A stretch of 64,000 bases of DNA from contig NC_087251.1 of NCBI RefSeq assembly GCF_037042905.1, positions 41,108,001-41,172,000 on the forward strand. Reading direction: 5' to 3'. Position 1 is the stretch's first letter. Each line of letters opens with the position of its first letter. Made by a program: the position numbers and the translations under genes. This document shows positions 48,346-64,000 of this stretch, piece after piece. The notes beneath the pieces were generated by a model, which ran no database searches, had not been told where the DNA came from, and was given only the letters and a program-made list of their open reading frames with translations. This DNA comes from Lytechinus pictus. Lineage: Eukaryota.

Positions 48346-50580
48346 ATTTCGTTTGTAGTGAGCCGATCACAAGTAAATAAACATCTAACTTATATTTAGT
48401 TAGTTTGGCCTATTGTATTTTACAATTATAATCCAGAGATCTGACATATTTAACAAAAAGCACGAATAAGCAACTGTGGATATTTCATATATCAATACTG
48501 TATACTGTATCTATCAATTTTTGTTCCTTGTAGAATAGATCTTACAATAGAAAGGATGAGATAATTTCAGCAATTGGCCAAATATTTTGACAATAATGGG
48601 CAATTCTGTAAAATAATCGACTTTTTTATATGTCCTACCCCCATTTTCTTTCAAGTCTTACTTCAATTCATAAACTGACCAAGTCATGGTCCTTTGAAAA
48701 CATTACAGACTATCAAAAGAACAAGAAATCAGAGAGAGAAAATGTCATGTAGGTGAAGGTCCCACATATAGGGGGTCAAATGTACATATTTTATGGAATT
48801 CATTTGCCCCAATGTATTGGTATATTTATTGTATGCATCGATTGTTTTGTAGAAATTTTGAATTAACTAAACTAAATGAATCATTTTTTTCTTTATTTCA
48901 TGGATCAAAACTGCTTTGTTGAAGAGGAGGGGGCAGACCTATGAATGGTAATGCATTCACTTTTACTGTGATTTTTATAAAATGTTGGTGCACGTGATCA
49001 ATACTATTTTCTAATATGAAACTTTATAGTTTTATCAATATTATTCCAGACAAAATCTTATGACTAATCAATTGTACGGTATTTTGAAGATTTACCCTAC
49101 CTTTCTCTCAAACTTCTCAGCCAGCCTCTCAAGTTTTTCTTGATGAGTTAGTTCTTCTCGGAGTGCATCCTCCCTCTTGTGCTCTGCTTCAAGTTCTTCT
49201 GAAATTTTGGCCCATTTTTTCTTCCGAGTTTGTGCTGTGCCCACCCCACCCCACCCCCCATTGTTACTCCACTAATAGCAACAGCACATGGACAACAGAT
49301 TAAGGAACAGCCTTTATTCTGTATATGCCATTTGCATTCAGTTTCTTTTATTTATATTATTTGAATTTTATACTTGTGTTATGCATATGACCAATCTTGG
49401 ATATCTACTAGAAATTAAGGGTCTTATCAAGGTTTTATGGAAAAAAAATTAGGATTTATTGTCAAAACCCCTCAAAACTATCTGTCGTGGTTCTCTAACA
49501 TCAATTTGGACTAATATCATAGGATTTTTTTTTCACCCAACTGCTTTTTGTCAAATTTTGGGAAAATTGAGTAAAATAGTGATTTCCCAAATTTGTCTGA
49601 AAAATGCCACGATAACACATTCCTTTTGGTTATCAAAGGTTTTCTAGCATCAATTTGAATTGATTTACAAAAAAATAAAGATCACAGATGGTCAATTTTT
49701 TTTCTTTCGCTTCCTGTCAAATTTAGGGAAAATTGAGCAAATAGTAATTTTCAGAATTTGTCAGAAAAATGCTCCTAAAACCCCCTCAAAACCAACCGTC
49801 GTGGTTCCCAGCAGATTTCTAAAAAAGGAGGGGAATAGGACAAGAAACACTCAATGATTTCATGCCACCTGAATTTAATAAAGCAAGTTATGATTTACTA
49901 TCACGCTGCCTTAACCATCATTAATTTCAATTTGAAAGAAAGGATTTAGGAATTTACATTACAAATATACCCAGATATATGGCCCAGATTTTTTAATATC
50001 AATTTTCAAGTCTCCAATAAAGAAATGAATCAATTCTGAATTTCTGATGATTAAAATGAGTATTAGAGTAAAATTTTGAGATGAAAGACATATACTTCTG
50101 AGTACCAATATCAAAGTTTATTAATACAACTACCAACATGTGTTTATGTGATTTGCAATCACTTAATAATCATTTGTAAACTTTGTAATTTACTTCAATT
50201 TGGTATACTAAAAACAGAATTTAAAAAAAATTATTAATACAAATTAAAGATGAACGACCAAAACAAGCCAGATATATGTTGTTAGACATTAGTTTTTATT
50301 TGAACCATAATTATATTTCAGAAGGTTAGGTCATACATAGAAAAATAATACCCTGTGTTCATGTGTACAGAATATGAATTTCATGGGATAAGCCTGAAAT
50401 AAATACAATTATTTTTTTCTGTATTTTGTGATGAAAAATCTCAACTGAACAATGTAGTAATTTAAAACTCAATTCCTTTTGAGAATCATAATACTGATCT
50501 AAATTCCTATAGCCTAAATACACAATTTGAGATCAATCAAGTATCAAATTGAGATTGATCTAAATTCCTATTTCTTTTAA

Positions 50581-51262
50581 AGGGGTACTCTGATCTGAAA
50601 ATAATAATATTTCAATAAATAGAGTAAAATTCCCGAGCTAAATGCTGAAGATTTCATCAAAATCTTATTTAAAAATTTATTTAAACTAAAAATAAATAAA
50701 AACTTTAAAATAAAACTTTTTAACTTCAAGTTTAGCAATATTTTGTGAAAAGTTATATGCACATTGTCACACATATTCATTAGGTGGACTGATGATGTCA
50801 TATCCGCACTTTCCTCTTTCTTTTGTTATTAGCAGGGCCCGCTGGGAGAACAGTTTTCGGAACTGAAGTGGCTACCCTGGGTAGATATGCCGCTATCATT
50901 ATTATTATTATTATTATTACACAAAATCATTATTTTTTCATATTTTCATACATGCGTGGATGATAAGTCTCCAATGTAATAAAATAAGTTGCAGCAATGA
51001 ATATCAAATGCATTTAATCAGTTGTAAATCCAATTTGATTCATTATCTCGGGGAAAAAAATTGAATGAACATTTCATGCAATAAAACGCAAAAGAACAAG
51101 TAGGAATGTGATGCTATCAGTTTATTCATTGAATATTCATGATGGCATGCATAGAACTGTTTCATCGAAATGATGCAAATCTTTGAAATGTCATAACTTT
51201 GTTATTCCTTGTCCGATTTTGATCAAATTTTCATTGTTTTGTTTTCAGCCTGGAGTATCCCT
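50581..51262. mobile_element. Kolobok/T2-type MITE with a nested LINE 3'-tail fragment (about 50831-50918)
   Basis: TTAA|AGGGGTACTC ... GAGTATCCCT. Inserted GC-rich stem followed by (ATT)n. Confidence 0.78.
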
Positions 51263-52984
51263 GTAACAACATAATTGAGATCAATTAAGAATCAAACTGA
51301 GATTGATCTATTTGAAAAAGAGAAGTCACTTGTACTGAATTCTTTTTTTTGGGGGGGGGGTTGGGGGGATGTGGCCCCAAAATATCGGTTTTGAAAACAA
51401 TGATAAAGATGAAGAATACCAAAATTACAATTAGTTAAAATCCTAAAATGTCCATTTAGTCTACCATAATCGACTGCAGTATAATATATTGTAATATATT
51501 ATAAAAAAAAAATGAAATGAAATTTGAATTCAAATGAAGGCCAATTACATGCCAGAACTGTTTAAGTTACAAAAAAACCTAACAACCTAATAACACAAAA
51601 CAGCATTTTTAAAATGCACAGATAAGATAGACAAACACAAAAAAGTCTTTTCACACACAGTAATGCCAAAGGAATACATCTAGCAACTATTATGAAAATT
51701 GGCAATTTCTGATATAAAAATTCACTTGGAATTTGATTCAGGTATTAAAATACGAACATCAATCACACAATTTGTTTTGTTGGAAAGTTAAAACTTTGTC
51801 AAAGACATGATTTTTATTCTTATCTATGAGTTCAACATGAGAATAATTCCTCACATATCTTGCCTATTTGGAATCAAAGTGTTCATGATTTTTCTAATGA
51901 TATTGTGCTTGATAACTTTTATAATAAGCTTCCTATTTGGGCTTCATATGCTTACATGCTATACAAGGGGTCTATTCCATGAATAGTATCTGCTGTTATT
52001 TTGCCTTAATGTAACTACCATGGAAACCATGATTGCGATTGATTAATGAGCTATGTCGCCATGGTAGTTATCATGTGGAGCTCTGTCAAGGTACTTTTCT
52101 AAGTTTAGGAGCAAGTCCCCTTTCAATTTGTGTGATGCAATGCATTGGATCTAAGGGAAATTGCATCAGTGAAATTGATTTCTTTAAGGAAATACACATT
52201 TCATAGAATTGGCAATATGTAATTCAACCTGTTAAAGATTTCATTTTAGTATCATACATAAATTCCTTAAACCCTATAAACCAAGCTATCTTGGGGATAA
52301 AATCCTTTGGAATAATTACCCCTGATAAGAAATGCTAATAATGCAAAATAAGCATGAGGACGAGCAACAGTGAGCAGCTTGCGCAGGCATGGTCTCACTT
52401 TAGCTCGCATCACTTTGCTTTTACTACTTAAACTTTGTACCAGCTCCAAATGGTGTTTACAACCAAATATTTTGCTGCATGGTATGCTGTATTAGACTGC
52501 GTATTGCTGTTTTGGCTAACACAGAAATGTGCAGCTTAAAACGCAAAGGTGTGAACTATAGGCTTTAGAGATGGATATTATGAGTTTCCTAACATGCGAC
52601 TGCCACTGTCCTCCCTTCACATTTATTTATTTCGATCCTATTCTGTTCGGCTGTCAATTAGGCCATGATTGGAAAGAAGCAGTTTGTGATTCAACATTCA
52701 TTTTGCACAAACTGTATGCGCAGAAAATGAGAAAAAAAATTAAATCCTAGAAAATCAATGTGCAGTTCTAGTTTCACTTGGGTAATCTTAGTTCCATGTG
52801 TTTTATTTTGGAAAATGTATGCATGTTTTAAGATAGAAGCGATATTGTGATTGACGGTTTATCATCTATAATAATTTTTTTCGCGGATCGAATTACAGCG
52901 CATTTTATATTAAAAAATTTGTCTGCATCTCAAGTTTGCTTCTCCAAAACTGCACATTGCATATCTAGAATATTGTAAAAAAAA

Positions 52985-53326
52985 TTCTGACCTCCAAATC
53001 AATAGACTTCCTGGGATCTATGCTAGTATCATACACACCATATTATATGAGCCTAGGTTAAGTTAAACTGAAGTTATCGCATTAACAAGGACTTCAGAAG
53101 GGTAAGATGAAAACATTTCACTGTGACCTTGACCTTTTGACCTCAAAATCAAGAGGCTTCCTGAGATCCATGCTAGTATCATACACACCAAATTATATGA
53201 GCCTAGGTTAAGTTAAACTGAAGTTATCACATTTACAAGGAAAATTTAACGGACGGACGGATAGACAGACGGACACAGACACCGAGCGTGATACCATAAT
53301 ACTTTCCGTAGGACGGGCTTATAAAA
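52985..53326 (+). mobile_element. DINE-1/Helentron-associated-like fragment
   Basis: Two about 130-bp tandem units, a (GGAC/AGAC)n microsatellite and a terminal hairpin before an A-run. Confidence 0.65.
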
Positions 53327-54648
53327 ATAGATAAGTATGTCATCAGATAAATCTTTGTTTCAATCAAATACAACTTTGAACTGAAGGTCACATGTACAGT
53401 TAGTTTACATTCGAATTGCATAACATTATTAGCACAATTTGACAAATAATCAAATACAAACGCATTTTTCAAAATGAAATATGTCAACGTATCTGCACAT
53501 TTATATCCTTATGCATAATAATATTACATTAATAGGTACAAATATCAAAAGAAACCAATATTTTATATCCCTGAAATACCATTCAATTAGGTGCAAATAA
53601 ATAGTTCATAGATCTTAAACATAATACACTGATTCTTGAAGACGGACAGTCAACCTGCCAGAAACGTCAAGATTTCTATCTGCTCCGGCTCTACAACTCC
53701 ACTCGCCGAGTCAAGCCAGCCTTCTCTCCAACCTCTCCAACTCAGGCCTGTCATCTTGCCCGTACTCAAGGTTTTTCAATCTTCCTGGTTTACAGTCCTT
53801 GCTCATTTCCCGAAAGAGATGCTCTACTTTCTAACCTCAACTTTCCCGCCTCTATATTTCACTTCTACCCCTTTCCACTCTCTCTGTCCTTTCCAGGACG
53901 TTACATATGGTGTAGCTTAGTCCATTCCGCCATTGTTCACACCACCACGCAAACGTTCAAACATCATCTTAAGATATATGAGAGTGAAAGTGTATGATCC
54001 AGGTGATTTTTCAAATGCCCCTGACAAAATACACATCACCCATTGTGACCATGTATGCCAACTGAGACTTGGCCGGATTTCATGCTCTGCAAAAATAGAC
54101 GTAACCTAAAATTTGTAGCTAGGATTCCAGCACAATAATGTAAAAGAGGAAGAGTAATAATTTATTTACATAGTACTCTTTCTGATTTCAAAATTTCAGA
54201 ATCCTTTACAGAGCAATCATGATAATATCCATTAACAATTTCATCATTAAAATATACTGGCTCTGTAACACAAAAGTAAATCGGAGGGCAGATGTTTATC
54301 GTGAAAGCGCCAAACCCTCAAGGATTAGATTATGTGCTCAGTAAGGAAGAAAAATGCACAAAGTCACAAAGATCAAGTTTCAAGAGCAATTTCGAAACAA
54401 TACACATTTGAAATATTACAAATGTGATGTGGCGATTGATTGCATGTATTGATGATAATATGCCATCACATCACATTGTATGATCAATTGCTATTGTGTA
54501 ACAGACCCCCTGCTAACAAGACCAATGCACAGATGTAAAGCACAAAATCAGGAGAGCTTGAAACCCTGCTTCAGTTCTACCCATCCAGAGAGTAGTGCTC
54601 ACTGAATATTACATGAATGGATGCAGTAAGGACTCGATGATACTGATG

Positions 54649-61910
<7,262 letters not shown>

Positions 61911-62466
61911 CTGCAGCAAACAAAACATTGAAAGCTATCTCAATATCTACCGATTGGTATACATCTGGGCACGTCTTACAAAGAGTTGAGACTGATCCAA
62001 CCAACCACAACTATGGACAACCAGCAACGTCAACATCTAAAATGCAATTTCGTTCAAAATATCTTCTAGAAATTATGCATATTCATACATTCATCGTTCT
62101 CTTAAAGAATCACTGTGATTATCTTGGTTTACTAAGGAGATTCTGCAAATTTCCTGCTGAAAAAATTATGTTATGGATGGATTCCATACAGTTGAGATGG
62201 ATTGGATCCATCCTAAAACTTTGTAAGACAGGGCCCTGCTTCGTTTTCTTTCCGTTTGTCTCATCCTACTTCATCTACGTTTGTCAACTAGCCATTTTGT
62301 CTTATTGCCATAGCTGTTTTAACATTTTGTGTAATGTCCAGTTAAGATATACCTGTTCTGTTTACTACATGTATCAACTAGGTCTCACATCACTTATAGT
62401 CTTTTTGATTTGATGAACTACTTCTGAACCAATACTAAGGAGACAGAGTGGAAATTAGACCTATCA

Positions 62467-62764
62467 GCCCGTATTCTGAAGTCAGGTTTAACTTAGACCA
62501 CGGTCTAACTCTGTCCTAAAATTATGGGGAGGCAAAATCTCACAAATTCAGTTTATATTGTATATTTCCTATGTTGTTTCCTTTTGGTTTCATAATGAAG
62601 AAAAATACAGTTATCATTCCCAGACAAATATGAACAATTTGAGTGTCAAATTAGTTAATAAAGTGGATTTGTACTGTTAGGGATTTGTGCCCCAATTGGC
62701 TATCCATAGTTAAACCACAACTTAAAACCAGGGTTTAATCTAAACCCGAGTTCAGAATACGGGC
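62467..62764. mobile_element. PIF/Harbinger-like MITE
   Basis: GCCCGTATTCTGAA ... TTCAGAATACGGGC termini. Confidence 0.7.
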
Positions 62765-63113
62765 CATTGGGTATTAGACTAAATGAGAATGGGACTCATT
62801 ATTACGAAAAGTGTAGTGTAGAAAAAACAGCAAATTAGACCATATTGATAGATGTAGTATTAGACTGTCTGAAAAGTAGACCAACTGCTTGACACCAAGT
62901 GAATATAAACTTTTACCAAACAACACCCGACCTCATATTGACAGATAATGAATCTGCATAATAGGTGAAGCTTTTGAATTTGACATTGGTTAAAAAGGAA
63001 CTGAACTGTATTACTGGGTAATAATCGAGTTATGGAGGTATATCTTTCTCTTTCTAATAAATCAAAATTTGTCTGGCATTTCGGTTAAACATCACCTACT
63101 GCCATATTAGTAC

Positions 63114-64000
63114 AACAAGTGGAACGCCTCTGGCAGTCTCGCCTGCATTACGCAATTTAATATAGCAGCAGTGCTAACTTTGAAAACTACTATAAAATAA
63201 TCATTCACAAAAACATCATTCATATAATGACATAATACCACGTTCATTGACCATAAATGACATTTGAACGGAGACTTAAGACTGTCAACTACACCCATGT
63301 CCACATTTCATTCACTCTATCCATAAACTTTCAAAGTTATGATGGCACTTCAACAATTACCCCAACATGGCCTAAGTTTATTGACCTTAACTGACCTTTG
63401 ACTTGGTTTTGTGACCTGAAACTCACAGGGGATGTTCAGTGATGCTTGATTACTCTTATATCCCAATTTTTATGAACTAGATCCATAAACTTTCACAGTT
63501 AGGATGGTAATTCAACAAATACCCCCAACACGGCCAAAGTTCATTGACCTTTAATGACCTTTGACCATGGTCATGTGACCTGAAACTCGTACAGGATGTT
63601 CAGTGGTACTTGATTAACCTAATGTCCAAGTTTCATGAACTAAATCCATCAATTTTCAAAGTTATGATAGTAATTCAACGAATACCCCCAACTTGACCAA
63701 AGTTCATTGACCCTAAATGACCTTTGACCTTGGTCACGTGACCTGCAACTCAAGGATGTTCACTAATACTTGATTAACCTTATGCCCAAGTTTCATGAAC
63801 TAGGTCCATATACTTTCTAAGCTATGATGTCATTTCAAAAACTTAACCTTCGGTTAAGATTTTGAAAATAATTTTCCCAACATGGTCTAAGTTCATTGAC
63901 CCTAAATGACCTTTGACCTTGGTCATGTGACCTGAAACTCAGGCAGGAAGTTCAGTAATACTTGATTAACCTTATGTCCAAGTTTCATGAACTAGGTCCA
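63114..64000 (+). mobile_element. Helentron-associated/DINE-1-like element with a tandem array (about 165-190-bp units), running off the window
   Basis: AACAAG...GTCTCGCCTGCATTACGC start shared with the 56768 copy. Repeated AAGTTCATTGACC..TGACCTTTGACC units. Confidence 0.8.

Noticed and set aside
53636..53920. 94-aa ORF in a GC-richer patch downstream of the MTR stop
   Set aside because: No identifiable homology or splice signals. Likely UTR or a decayed repeat.

Overview
This is eukaryotic, AT-rich, transposon-dense genomic DNA with GT-AG spliced genes. The repeat families suggest a marine deuterostome, probably a sea urchin, but that is inference. Two protein-coding genes lie in tandem on the minus strand. 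One is a complete 8-coding-exon seipin gene (BSCL2, CDS 48098->29223, about 459 aa, all splice phases consistent). The other is the last five coding exons of cobalamin-dependent methionine synthase (MTR, 61910->54649), whose 5' part lies beyond the window. The first ~28 kb and the introns are filled with mostly non-autonomous, often nested elements with readable TIRs and TSDs: piggyBac, foldback, hAT, Tc1/mariner, Kolobok-type, PIF/Harbinger, TAG-ended 9-bp-TSD elements, Helentron/DINE-like tandem-array elements, tRNA-SINEs and a decayed LINE. I see no CRISPR, rRNA or true tRNA genes, and no convincing novel multi-gene system. The most notable observations are (1) a 138-codon reading frame that appears only after two independent transposons are excised in silico, (2) a triplicated splice acceptor in BSCL2, (3) a TE array carrying perfect DR1 nuclear-receptor elements, and (4) inverted SINE pairs in or near both genes.
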